A DNA stretch of 64,000 nucleotides from Candidatus Melainabacteria bacterium (GTDB taxonomy: Bacteria > Cyanobacteriota > Vampirovibrionia > 2-02-FULL-35-15): assembly GCA_023250195.1 (NCBI GenBank), contig JAHFBF010000001.1, positions 498,422-562,421 of the forward strand, given 5' to 3'. A model generated the notes under the pieces. That model did no database searches. It was not told the DNA's origin and worked only from the letters and a program-made list of their open reading frames with translations. Each line of letters opens with the position of its first letter. The first letter of the stretch is position 1. Below are positions 9,139 to 18,274 of this stretch, in pieces. Both the position numbers and the translations under genes were made by a program.

Positions 9139-9572
9139 TGATAAGAACCAATGTTACTTATTTGCCAGGTTTTTTCACAGACTACAGGACCATTTGGACA
9201 ATCACACCCTTGTGGTTCATCACTACTTTCAAAGCATCTTGCTATTCTTCCATTAGCACAATGAGGCTTGCCATCCTGACATTGTGCTAATGCCAGACAA
9301 TTAAGTTCAACATTATGGACTTCAAGAAACTTATTGTCTTTCCCAACACACTTAGGCTCTTCTCCATCACATGAAGGAATATATTGTTCAGAATCATTTA
9401 TATCTGATAAACAAACTGCCTTTTCTTCATCATTTTCACAGGTTACTTCATTGTGTTCATCACAATGAGGCGGCATTGAATATTCAAGTCCCTGCATATA
9501 AGCAAAAGACGGATTGGAAGATAATAAAAATCCAATAAATAAAGCCAAAGATAGACTGATAAACCTGCCCAT
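9135..9572 (-). CDS. Secreted cysteine-rich acidic protein, function unknown
   Basis: Signal peptide MGRFISLSLALFIGFLLSSNPSFA. About 16 Cys in roughly 120 mature residues. Confidence 0.6.
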   Translation of the reverse strand: MGRFISLSLALFIGFLLSSNPSFAYMQGLEYSMPPHCDEHNEVTCENDEEKAVCLSDINDSEQYIPSCDGEEPKCVGKDNKFLEVHNVELNCLALAQCQDGKPHCANGRIARCFESSDEPQGCDCPNGPVVCEKTWQISNIGSYQ

Positions 9573-9624
9573 AGTGTTATCAATTCCTCTAACAAAAAAA
9601 GAAATCTTACGAATTCACAAGTAT

Positions 9625-9710
9625 AGACTTTGTCCGATTTCCTCAGCAAAGCCAATCAATCATAAGATCTCTATAAAAAAGTCCAAGCTTGTCCTGGACT
9701 ATATAAAAAA
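9625..9710 (+). repeat. Two-hairpin element, copy 3 (divergent, not followed by an ORF)
   Basis: GACTTTG...CAAAGCC (the A->C change is paired with T->G) and GTCCA-AG/CTTGT/C-C-TGGAC, then TATATAAAAAAGG. The middle section differs from copies 1, 2 and 4. Confidence 0.5.
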
Positions 9711-9753
9711 GGTATCGAACTTTTATACTAAACCTTTAAAAAAGTCTTAATGG

Positions 9754-10479
9754 CTAACCCGTTATTTCAGTTTGTTTTTTAATAATTTCCAGGATTCCAT
9801 TATAAGCAAGCTCAACCATTTGATTAACGACACTTTGGCTAAAGGGCTTCCCTTCAGCAGTCATCTGAAGCTCAATAATCTGTCCTGATTTATTCATAAC
9901 TACATTACAGTCAACCTCTGCTTTTGAATCTTCATTATATGAAAGATCAAGTAAAAGCTCACCATTTACAATACCAACACTAACTGCACTAACCGGTTCT
10001 ATAAGAGGGATTTTTGTAATGAGTTTTTTCTCTTTCAATTTAGAAAGTGCTTTATAAACAGCTACAAATCCTCCACATATACTTGCAACTCTTGTAGAAG
10101 CATCTGCATTTATTACATCTGCATCAATAGAAATTGTTCTTGGTCCAAGTTCGTTTAAATTAAATGCAGCCCTCAGACTTCTTCCAATAAGTCTTTGAAT
10201 CTCACTTGTTCTTCCTGAAGGTTTCCCTTTTGTAACTTCTCTCTGGTTGCGTGGTCTTGTAGAACCCGGTAATAATGAGTATTCTGCAGTAAGCCAGCCT
10301 TTGCCTGTCCCTTCCAGAAAATGAGGCACCTTTTCCTCAATCATTGCAGTAACCAGAACTTTTGTCTGACCAAGTTCAACTAAAACTGACCCATCTGCAT
10401 TTGGTGTAAAATCCGGCTTAAAAATCAGCGGTCTCAGTTCATTATTTTTTCTATTATCTGTCCTTGACATATCAAACAT
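9754..10479 (-). CDS. rph: Ribonuclease PH
   Basis: RTDNRKNNELRP...ADGSVLVELGQTKVL...GRTSEIQRLIGRSLR...DCNVVM are typical RNase PH motifs. 241 aa. Confidence 0.95.
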   Translation of the reverse strand: MFDMSRTDNRKNNELRPLIFKPDFTPNADGSVLVELGQTKVLVTAMIEEKVPHFLEGTGKGWLTAEYSLLPGSTRPRNQREVTKGKPSGRTSEIQRLIGRSLRAAFNLNELGPRTISIDADVINADASTRVASICGGFVAVYKALSKLKEKKLITKIPLIEPVSAVSVGIVNGELLLDLSYNEDSKAEVDCNVVMNKSGQIIELQMTAEGKPFSQSVVNQMVELAYNGILEIIKKQTEITG

Positions 10480-10500
10480 TTATTTTAGCAGTAGAGAGAT

Positions 10501-10595
10501 GTCATTGCGAGCATCATAGGTGCGAAGCAGCCTCAAACTGTTTGCGTAAATTCGATCGAGATTGCCACGCCTTACTTTGTTCGGCTCGCAATGAC
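10501..10595. repeat. Palindromic MITE-like element (GTCATTGCGAG family), intergenic
   Basis: Perfect 12-bp termini GTCATTGCGAGC ... GCTCGCAATGAC, with inner GCGAAGCAGCCTC / GAGATTGCCACGC arms. Confidence 0.8.
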
Positions 10596-11026
10596 AATAC
10601 CTGACAAAAATATTCTAACCGTCAGAAATTTATTGTTCTACGATCAAATCGAGGTTCAGTCCTAAAAAATTATTAGGAAGCTTAACTGTTTGATAACTAT
10701 AGAGTTCTATATTATGGGTATAAGACTCGTAGGGGAGGCCCGGAGTTACCGACATCAGATTCAAAAAGGATAATCGGGAATTACAAAGAGGTAAAAGCCA
10801 TGATTTATAATCCAATATTCGAAGAAGAAAAAGAAAAGAAGCTTCAATTTAAGCAGCTTAAAAAAGAAATTAAAAAACGTGCTCATAAAGAAAGTATGAA
10901 ACAGACAATAGATCGCGTATATAACCTGCTTCAAAAGAAGCCAATACTAACCATTGCAGCATTATTTCATCCTATAACTAACTGGTTTAAATTCTCCAAC
11001 GAGAAAGAGCATATAGTAGAAAAGAC

Positions 11027-14000
11027 CTAGGCTGCCATACTACCATTCAGCACAGCATCATCATGCGACCATGAGTCACCATCTGTTTCTTTAGCAAAAG
11101 TAACACCACTGTTTAAAGTTAATTGACTATTTGCATTTGGATCTGAATAGAGTTGCTGGTTTTTCCTTAAAATACTTCTTCCTAAAATATTCGTATTTGG
11201 AACTTCTTCTTCAGAAGCACCATAAAAATATTGCCCGGTAAATATATCGAACGTTGATGCAACATATTTATTCTCTAATCCAAATAGTGGAATGACTGCA
11301 TAACCTACACCGGCTAAAAGCTGATTTAATCCTGCTTTTAAAGGATTGTACATTCTATCTTTTCCGTCAATTCCTCTGAATATTCTTGGTAAGCCATCAG
11401 GGTTATTCATAACTTCTTTTGCATTAGCAATAATTCCAACTGCTGGAATTATATTTGCAAGAGCAATTGCCCAGCTGCCAACTTTATTAAATCCACCCTC
11501 AGCAACCTCACCAAACTTCTCTACCCTGCCAAATAACCCTGCAGTAATTGCACTGATACCACTCAATGCACCAACTAATGTCATTAAGTGTCCGGGACTT
11601 GGAACGTTTGATGAATACTGACCTGATTTTTCAGACATACGTTTGTCAACGCTAAAAACTAATCTTGGATCTTTGCAGATATCTTTAATCATAAGGATAG
11701 GAGCACTAACAGCACTTACAAGATTTCCAGCTATTTCTCCTAAAAGTGGGCTAAGCTTGCTTTCCTTCATATCTTCTTTTACATCTGAAATAAGTTTTGT
11801 ACTAAGTTTGGTAGCACTTCTAACAAATGGTCTTGGATCGACAAATTCATCTTGTTTTGCCGTACCTTCAAGCTCTTTCTTTGTATGGCTGTTTACCTTT
11901 TGCTGCATTAGAGCTCTTTGTTGTCCTCTACCAAGGAACAATACAAAGTTTCCAAAGCCTAAACCCATATGCTTAACGCCATTTGGAAGAAATGAAGAAA
12001 CAATATTTATAATTTCACCAAAAGTAATGTTATATGCCTTATGTACATTTAGTACACCTCTTAATGCACCACCACATGCTGAAACAGCTCTTACACCATT
12101 TGATAACCAGTACCCAACGTTATATAACTTCTCCCCACCAGCAGAACTCAGTAACCTGATACCGCCGCCAAGAGCCATAATTCCACCGGAGTATTTTAGT
12201 AATCCATTAAACAAAACTGGAAGATTTTTAATAAAGGATTTTCCAAAAAGACTTTTTACTTTTGTTGGCTGGAGAAATAATTTGTGTTCAGTCTGATAAT
12301 CTTTAAGTTTTTCCAGGTTTGCATATCTTATTTCTTCATTTTTAGAGTTTAAGTAAACATATTCTCCATGATTGCTGAGATATACTTCTACTTTCTTTAA
12401 ATTTTTCAGGTCTTCTTCAGTGCATGTAAATACTTTTGGTTTTGAGCCATCAAGCCTGTCAATAACAAACTGCCCATTTGCTGACTTACTTCTATAAACA
12501 GCAAAATTTCCCTTTGCATCTTTACCCCGCCATTCTCTAAATGTTTCAAACTTTGGAGCTTCCTGAGGAAGGAGTAATCCTTCTTTTTCAGCTATTATTG
12601 CCCATTCATATTTTTTAACCAGTACAGTCTGTTCATTTGAGAGTTGCTGTCCACTACATTGAAGCTGATTTAGTCTTTTTGCTTCAGCAAATTTTGTCCA
12701 GTCAAACTCAATATTTTCTCCCGCAAGCAGACCAAAAATCTCTGCTCTTCTTCTAACATAGGCTTCAGGACAAATATTTCTAATTATTTTGTCCTGATAT
12801 TGTAATCTTATCTCTTCTAATAGCTGATTCTGATTAAATTTTTCTTTCTGACCATTACTGTCAAGCTTATAAATTTTGTCACCTGTAGCATCATCAAACC
12901 CTATAACTTTATAGAAGCCTTTACTTTCTGCATCTACACTTTCTAATCCACAGATTCCAAAAGCTTTAACAGATTTATTAAAGATATCCTTATAATGTAC
13001 AAACTCTTTAAGATCATTTGACAGATATCCTCTTCTTTGTTTAATAATTTCCTTATAAATATCTACATCCTGATCCAGGTTGAAAACTATACTTGCCGAA
13101 CCACCTCTCTCAAGAGAGGCAGCCATCATACATACATCAGATTTACTGTCACCAGCCACATGCAAAAATGAATTATCTCCTAGAACCACATCAAAATCAG
13201 GCACACCTAAATGCTTTTCTCTTGCAGGCTGTACTTCTATATAATATTGTCCTTCAGGATCTAGTTTGCTTTTCTTAATAACCAAATTTAAAATTGAACC
13301 GTAAAAGTATGAATTATCATATGCAATATTATTATTTATACTGAAAATTTCATTTGGGTAAAAACAGCTATAATTATTCTCCAGCCAGATTTTAAGCTCA
13401 TTTTCAACCTGTATAAGGACTCCTTCTTTCTGACTCCTATCCTCTATTTTTCCTCCAAATTTTTGTTTAAGCTCTTTACTTATTGCATCAAGATCATAGA
13501 GTGGACATTTATTTTCATCTGGCAAAAAACTTTCAACAATATCAGGCAGAGTTCTTATAGAACTTTTTAAAGATCTAAATTCTTCTTTCAAAAAATTTCT
13601 ATAACCATCAATGCCTTTACTAAATTCGGTTGTTGATTTATTTATAAATTCCTCTGAGAACTTCAGGTTTCTGCTATCGGAACAATCAAACAAATTCCCA
13701 CCTGACTCCATCTTCATGTTTTTTAGCTGTTCCCGGGAGAAACGCTGCGCTATATACTTGCACATACGCCATTCTAAATAGCCTTTTGTCCCTTCTGTTA
13801 CAAATTTTTCTATTCCTTCATTTTTAAAGTTTGTAATATCCATATGCAAACCATTTCCATTAAATGATTTCATATTAAGCTGAGCAACTTTCTGCCTTAC
13901 ATCAGGTCTACTTGCAAGCTGCTCAAATATATTAGAAATTTTTCCTACTGCATCCTTCACAGGTGTTCCATGATTATCGTAAAAGTGAACAGTAGGAGCA

Positions 14001-15517
14001 ATTAAAACTCCCTGTGTAATTTTATTGAAAAATTCCTGCGGCTTTTGAGAAAGTAATTCGTAGTCATCAACAACCTGCTGGTTTAATTTTCCCTTTTCTT
14101 CTTCAGATAAATTTCCATCATTTCTAATTCTTTCTTTAATCTCATCAACACTGGTATCACATCCTATTAACCTTACACATTCATATGCTTTTTCTCTTGC
14201 TTGTAAAAGCTCTTCTGAAGATGCATTTACAGCCTTTAATCTATCAACTTCTCTCCAGAGTTCCTTCCCGTCATCAATACCACAAATCCTCTTCCCATCT
14301 ACTGTTTCCCCTTCTTTTAATGCCTTACTAAAATTCTTCCAGGCTTGCTCTTCACTAACACCTGTCGCTCTATTATCCACATGCCTCTTTTTAAAATCAA
14401 CTATTTGTAAGTAGTTAGGAAGATATGTTTCTCCTAAAATTTTATGCGTGTCTAAAAGGTACTTAGGAACACTCTTCGCCTCAAATACAGAAAATCCTTC
14501 TTTATTTACCAGATGAATATATTCCTGCAGAAATGTTCTCTCTTGACCTTCTTTCTTCCCTTCCGGACCTTCCAGAAATTCAAACAACTCAGCTTCTCTA
14601 AGTAATTTTGATGAAAAGAAAGTAGGTTCATATGGTTTGTGAATTACACTGCTGTTTAAAGCAATTACTGTAGCTGTTTTCGCCCCTGATAACTGATCTT
14701 CTATTGACAGACCAAAACGTTCCTGAAGTGGTCCATGTAAAATACCGGTAGTCACATACCGATCTAATCCTTCTGGAACTAACTGGATAAGTGTAGGAAA
14801 TGGTCCTCGTGCAGTATTAATCCACTCAGATACCCCAAGTTTTCCTCCAAGGGATGAAATCTGCCTACCCCATGACATTCCTTCCATACTCTGAACAAGC
14901 CATGTATCAGATGGATCCCAGTTTTTATTAACCCATGTATTATCCAGGTCATCGATACTTATTGCTTTACCGGATCCTGTTTCTATACTTTTTAGAACAT
15001 AGTTTGACCACCAGTTAACAGCACAATTATGATAATAAAGCTGTTCAAGAGTATTACCAGAAAGAGATGCAAGCATTCCTGACATTTGAACACCAGTATT
15101 TTCATTTAGTCCTTCCCAGGGGTTTTTACCCTGAGCAATGTTACTTCTGGCAAGCTTCATTACCTCGTTTGATTTCTCATATAGGTATAAAGCTCTGGCT
15201 TTTTTTAAATCTTCGTCTCCTGAAATATTTTGTGTTTGTACTTTTAAATCGTTGTATAAATTTACGTATGGAGTATTATCTATTGCCGATGTACCAAATA
15301 AAACTCCAAAAAATGAAACAGCAGAATCAAATAAATTTCTTACAGTGTCTGAAAATCCCTTTGTTGGCTTAGGACTTGACTGTGAGCTGGTATTGGCTTG
15401 AGAAGAAGCTTGAGCAGCTGAAGGCACATATCTACCCTGCAAATCTTCTACCCTTTCTTGAGAAATAGGAATTTGACGAATTCGTTGAGGCCCTACTGGT
15501 AATGGATTTACTGCCAA
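11027..15517 (-). CDS. Giant orphan protein (1496 aa) with a low-complexity N-terminus and a glycine-rich hydrophobic C-terminal region
   Basis: Uninterrupted 4.5-kb ORF with no signal peptide. N-terminal AAQASSQANTSSQSSPKPTK. The C-terminal ~400 aa hold repeated Gly/Ala/Ser-rich hydrophobic helices (GGIMALGGGIRLL, LMTLVGALSGISAITAGLFG, VGSWAIALANIIPAVGIIANA, LLAGVGYAVIPLFGL). I recognise no catalytic family. Confidence 0.85.
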   Translation of the reverse strand: MAVNPLPVGPQRIRQIPISQERVEDLQGRYVPSAAQASSQANTSSQSSPKPTKGFSDTVRNLFDSAVSFFGVLFGTSAIDNTPYVNLYNDLKVQTQNISGDEDLKKARALYLYEKSNEVMKLARSNIAQGKNPWEGLNENTGVQMSGMLASLSGNTLEQLYYHNCAVNWWSNYVLKSIETGSGKAISIDDLDNTWVNKNWDPSDTWLVQSMEGMSWGRQISSLGGKLGVSEWINTARGPFPTLIQLVPEGLDRYVTTGILHGPLQERFGLSIEDQLSGAKTATVIALNSSVIHKPYEPTFFSSKLLREAELFEFLEGPEGKKEGQERTFLQEYIHLVNKEGFSVFEAKSVPKYLLDTHKILGETYLPNYLQIVDFKKRHVDNRATGVSEEQAWKNFSKALKEGETVDGKRICGIDDGKELWREVDRLKAVNASSEELLQAREKAYECVRLIGCDTSVDEIKERIRNDGNLSEEEKGKLNQQVVDDYELLSQKPQEFFNKITQGVLIAPTVHFYDNHGTPVKDAVGKISNIFEQLASRPDVRQKVAQLNMKSFNGNGLHMDITNFKNEGIEKFVTEGTKGYLEWRMCKYIAQRFSREQLKNMKMESGGNLFDCSDSRNLKFSEEFINKSTTEFSKGIDGYRNFLKEEFRSLKSSIRTLPDIVESFLPDENKCPLYDLDAISKELKQKFGGKIEDRSQKEGVLIQVENELKIWLENNYSCFYPNEIFSINNNIAYDNSYFYGSILNLVIKKSKLDPEGQYYIEVQPAREKHLGVPDFDVVLGDNSFLHVAGDSKSDVCMMAASLERGGSASIVFNLDQDVDIYKEIIKQRRGYLSNDLKEFVHYKDIFNKSVKAFGICGLESVDAESKGFYKVIGFDDATGDKIYKLDSNGQKEKFNQNQLLEEIRLQYQDKIIRNICPEAYVRRRAEIFGLLAGENIEFDWTKFAEAKRLNQLQCSGQQLSNEQTVLVKKYEWAIIAEKEGLLLPQEAPKFETFREWRGKDAKGNFAVYRSKSANGQFVIDRLDGSKPKVFTCTEEDLKNLKKVEVYLSNHGEYVYLNSKNEEIRYANLEKLKDYQTEHKLFLQPTKVKSLFGKSFIKNLPVLFNGLLKYSGGIMALGGGIRLLSSAGGEKLYNVGYWLSNGVRAVSACGGALRGVLNVHKAYNITFGEIINIVSSFLPNGVKHMGLGFGNFVLFLGRGQQRALMQQKVNSHTKKELEGTAKQDEFVDPRPFVRSATKLSTKLISDVKEDMKESKLSPLLGEIAGNLVSAVSAPILMIKDICKDPRLVFSVDKRMSEKSGQYSSNVPSPGHLMTLVGALSGISAITAGLFGRVEKFGEVAEGGFNKVGSWAIALANIIPAVGIIANAKEVMNNPDGLPRIFRGIDGKDRMYNPLKAGLNQLLAGVGYAVIPLFGLENKYVASTFDIFTGQYFYGASEEEVPNTNILGRSILRKNQQLYSDPNANSQLTLNSGVTFAKETDGDSWSHDDAVLNGSMAA

Positions 15518-15855
15518 GTCTTATTCTCCTTTGAATAGTCTTGTTTGTTTTATCTATAATGCAAAATGGCTTCTTAAATTAAGGATTGAAAATAATTCGT
15601 AAAACTATATTTATTTTCAAAGCAAATGAATTGTAACACTGGAATTATCACTAATTCATACAATCTTCATACTAACTTTAGATTTGTAGTTCACATTTTT
15701 ATAACGCGAAATAACTGCTATACCAAAGGTTAATAAAAAACTTCACTATTTTTATGCAAACTCCTTACCACATTCAGGTTTGCGTATAGCAAACCTTCAC
15801 TTAGACAGCAATTAAGTGCATTCGAAATAGATTAAGAGCCTTAACCAAAGCTTTC

Positions 15856-16845
15856 TTAACCTTTAAACTTCTTTAAAAATAATTCTGCTGTCAGAATATC
15901 AAAAAGCGCAATACCTAAATTAAACACAAGTATTTTTTTTGGCATATTTTTTCTTTTATATTTTCTTGAAACAACTTCTCCGATTTCTTTGTTTATTTTT
16001 GGACTTATATTTGGAAAATAATGTCTCAATTTACTTTTTAATTCGTATTGTGAAATATCATCTGTATAAATCTCATCTAAATGTTTATAAAGACTGGGTT
16101 CTATTCTAGTCCCATATTCAAGTGGCAAAATCAAAACATCATCTTTTAAATCTTTCTCAAAAATATATGGCGTGATTTTAGGTGGAAACGTCGTGGCAGA
16201 TAGGATTATGTCAGCATTTTTCACTACTTCATGAAAATCCTTTAAAATAATAAACTTTTCTTTTGGATATTTTTTTAAAAATCCTGCTAATTCTTTTTCA
16301 TCATGATTATATAAAACAATTTGAGGATTTTTAAAGATTGATTTGAATGCCAGTACATGCACATAAGCCTGTAATCCAAGTCCAAACATTCCAATGGTTA
16401 GGTGCTTTTTTCTTGGTGCTAAATATTTTGCACAGACAGCACTTACACCTGCTGTACGAATAGCTGTAATCCAGTTTCCTTTTAAGATAGCAATCGGCAG
16501 TCCATTTTCAGGCTCATTTAAAATTACAAGATTATTTAAGTATGATAATCCCTTTTTTAGATTGCTTTTATATGCACTCTGCCATTTTATTCCAAAAATT
16601 TCCAACTGACTCGCTGACTCTTTCTCTCTGCCTACTGATTTCTGCTCTCTGAATACTGAAACAGGCATTGACTCTGCAAAAGCCCCTTCAATATTCAGCT
16701 TTGGACCCATCTTTGGAGGAAGATTAATCAACCCAAGTCCTTTTTTTCTAAATCCTTCTTCAACTACTTTAATTACATCTTTAATTTTAAGAACATTTTT
16801 TATTTTCTCATCATCTAAAACAATTTTTATTTTTTGGTTTTGCAT
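15856..16845 (-). CDS. Ornithine cyclodeaminase / mu-crystallin family NAD-dependent enzyme
   Basis: ITAIRTAGVSAVCAKYLA followed by Rossmann GMFGLGLQA, with family-typical length (329 aa). Confidence 0.75.
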   Translation of the reverse strand: MQNQKIKIVLDDEKIKNVLKIKDVIKVVEEGFRKKGLGLINLPPKMGPKLNIEGAFAESMPVSVFREQKSVGREKESASQLEIFGIKWQSAYKSNLKKGLSYLNNLVILNEPENGLPIAILKGNWITAIRTAGVSAVCAKYLAPRKKHLTIGMFGLGLQAYVHVLAFKSIFKNPQIVLYNHDEKELAGFLKKYPKEKFIILKDFHEVVKNADIILSATTFPPKITPYIFEKDLKDDVLILPLEYGTRIEPSLYKHLDEIYTDDISQYELKSKLRHYFPNISPKINKEIGEVVSRKYKRKNMPKKILVFNLGIALFDILTAELFLKKFKG

Positions 16846-16949
16846 AATTTTTTCTTACGCTTCATCGCTGCTACGCAGACGACTCGCTATTTGGCTATCT
16901 CATCTTACGACACTCAGGATTGTCGTTTTCAGACAATCCTTCGCTTAAT

Positions 16950-18260
16950 CTAAATTATTCCTTCTCCTCCTCCACTAAATCCCGGATACGCTTCCATTCC
17001 ATGTTCTGCTATGTCCAAGCCATCCACTTCTGCTCTTTGGGAAACGCGTACACCAATTGTATATTTTAAAATTAACCACACAACCATTGAAACAACTAAT
17101 GTCCATAAAATTACACAACCAACACCAATGAATTGAGAAATTAATTGTTCTATTCCTCCACCAAAAAACAATCCTGGCTTTGGATATGAAACATTTGGAT
17201 AATCATATTGAATAGGAGCACTAAATAAACCAAGTGCAATTGCACCCCAGATGCCCCCTATACCATGAACTGATATTGCTCCTACAGGATCATCAATATG
17301 AAAAATACTGTCCATAATTAAAATAGAAATTACCACCAGGCATCCGGCAATAAATCCAATAATATTTGATGAAATTAAACTTACATAGGCACAGGATGCC
17401 GTACTGGCAACAAGCCCACCAAGAAGTCCATTTATAACCATTGAAAGATCCGGTTTTTTTAATAACATATAAGAAACAAATAAAGCTCCAAGTCCTCCCA
17501 TAATTGCACTGGCATTTGTACAAAGTGCAATGTGAGAATTAAGTTCTGAAGAAAAACCAAAAGTACAACCCAGATTAAACCCAAACCAGCCAAGCCACAA
17601 AATAAAACCCCCTAAAGTAATCATTGGAATTGAATGTCCTAAAATTGCATTTGGGGAAAGATCCTTATTATATTTTCCTACCCGCGGACCAAGAATTATT
17701 ACCCCGGCAAGCGCTGCCATACCACCAACCGTATGAACCATTAAAGAACCGGCGAAATCCCTTACACCCATCTCATATAAAAAACCTCTTCCCAAAATCC
17801 AGTGCCCTATAACAGGATAAATAAAACATGAAAGAAAAAAAGTGAAAATCAAAAACGAAACAAACTTAATCCTTTCTGCAACTGCCCCTGAAACAATTGT
17901 GGCAGTAGTCCCGGCAAATACTACCTGAAAGAAAAAAATAGCCTGCAGTGGAAGTCTAAAATTATCAAGAGGGAAATAAGATGATTTCTCTCCTAATAAA
18001 AATAAATTTTTAAAACTCGGAATGATGCATTCCACGGAAAACATAAGCGCAAAACCAAGAGACCAAAAAGCCAGCGTCGAAATAAAAAAAACAATAAGAT
18101 TTTTGGAGAGCATACTTACTGCATTTTTTGTTCTGCAAAATCCGGTTTCAAGCATTGCAAAGCCACTGTTCATAAAGAAAACAAGCAACCCCATAATTAA
18201 TATCCAGGCTGTATCAAGGGCTGTTTTTAGATTTTGAATATCGTTCATTTGTTGAAGCAA
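16950..18260 (-). CDS. amtB: Ammonium transporter
   Basis: About 11 TM helices with Amt/MEP motifs (FAGTTATIVSGAVAERIKF, DFAGSLMVHTVGG, DPVGAISVHGIGGIWG). Confidence 0.95.
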   Translation of the reverse strand: MLQQMNDIQNLKTALDTAWILIMGLLVFFMNSGFAMLETGFCRTKNAVSMLSKNLIVFFISTLAFWSLGFALMFSVECIIPSFKNLFLLGEKSSYFPLDNFRLPLQAIFFFQVVFAGTTATIVSGAVAERIKFVSFLIFTFFLSCFIYPVIGHWILGRGFLYEMGVRDFAGSLMVHTVGGMAALAGVIILGPRVGKYNKDLSPNAILGHSIPMITLGGFILWLGWFGFNLGCTFGFSSELNSHIALCTNASAIMGGLGALFVSYMLLKKPDLSMVINGLLGGLVASTASCAYVSLISSNIIGFIAGCLVVISILIMDSIFHIDDPVGAISVHGIGGIWGAIALGLFSAPIQYDYPNVSYPKPGLFFGGGIEQLISQFIGVGCVILWTLVVSMVVWLILKYTIGVRVSQRAEVDGLDIAEHGMEAYPGFSGGGEGII

Positions 18261-18274
18261 TTCATGAATTGCCT

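Noticed and set aside
10630-11030. Small ORFs 10630-10815 (-) and 10800-11030 (+) between rph and the giant gene
   Set aside because: No motifs and no convincing ribosome-binding context. The Lys-rich 76-aa plus-strand ORF converges on and overlaps the giant gene's stop and could be real, for example a partner protein. I cannot support it from sequence alone.
11643-12296. 217-aa plus-strand ORF, with other short ORFs (11346-11621, 13093-13278, 15067-15401), inside the giant gene
   Set aside because: They lie wholly within and antisense to the uninterrupted 4.5-kb ORF and have low-complexity, Ser/Leu/Pro/Phe-rich composition typical of shadow ORFs.
12950-13250. HAD-phosphatase-like motif (HVAGDSKSDVCMMA) in the giant protein
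   Set aside because: It resembles only HAD motif IV. No convincing DxDxT motif I or the other HAD motifs lie at the expected spacing, so the domain call is not supported.
15770-15800. Hairpin AGGTTTGC-GTATA-GCAAACCT downstream of the OCD-family gene as a Rho-independent terminator
   Set aside because: The 8-bp stem is not followed by a U-tract on either strand, so a terminator function cannot be asserted.
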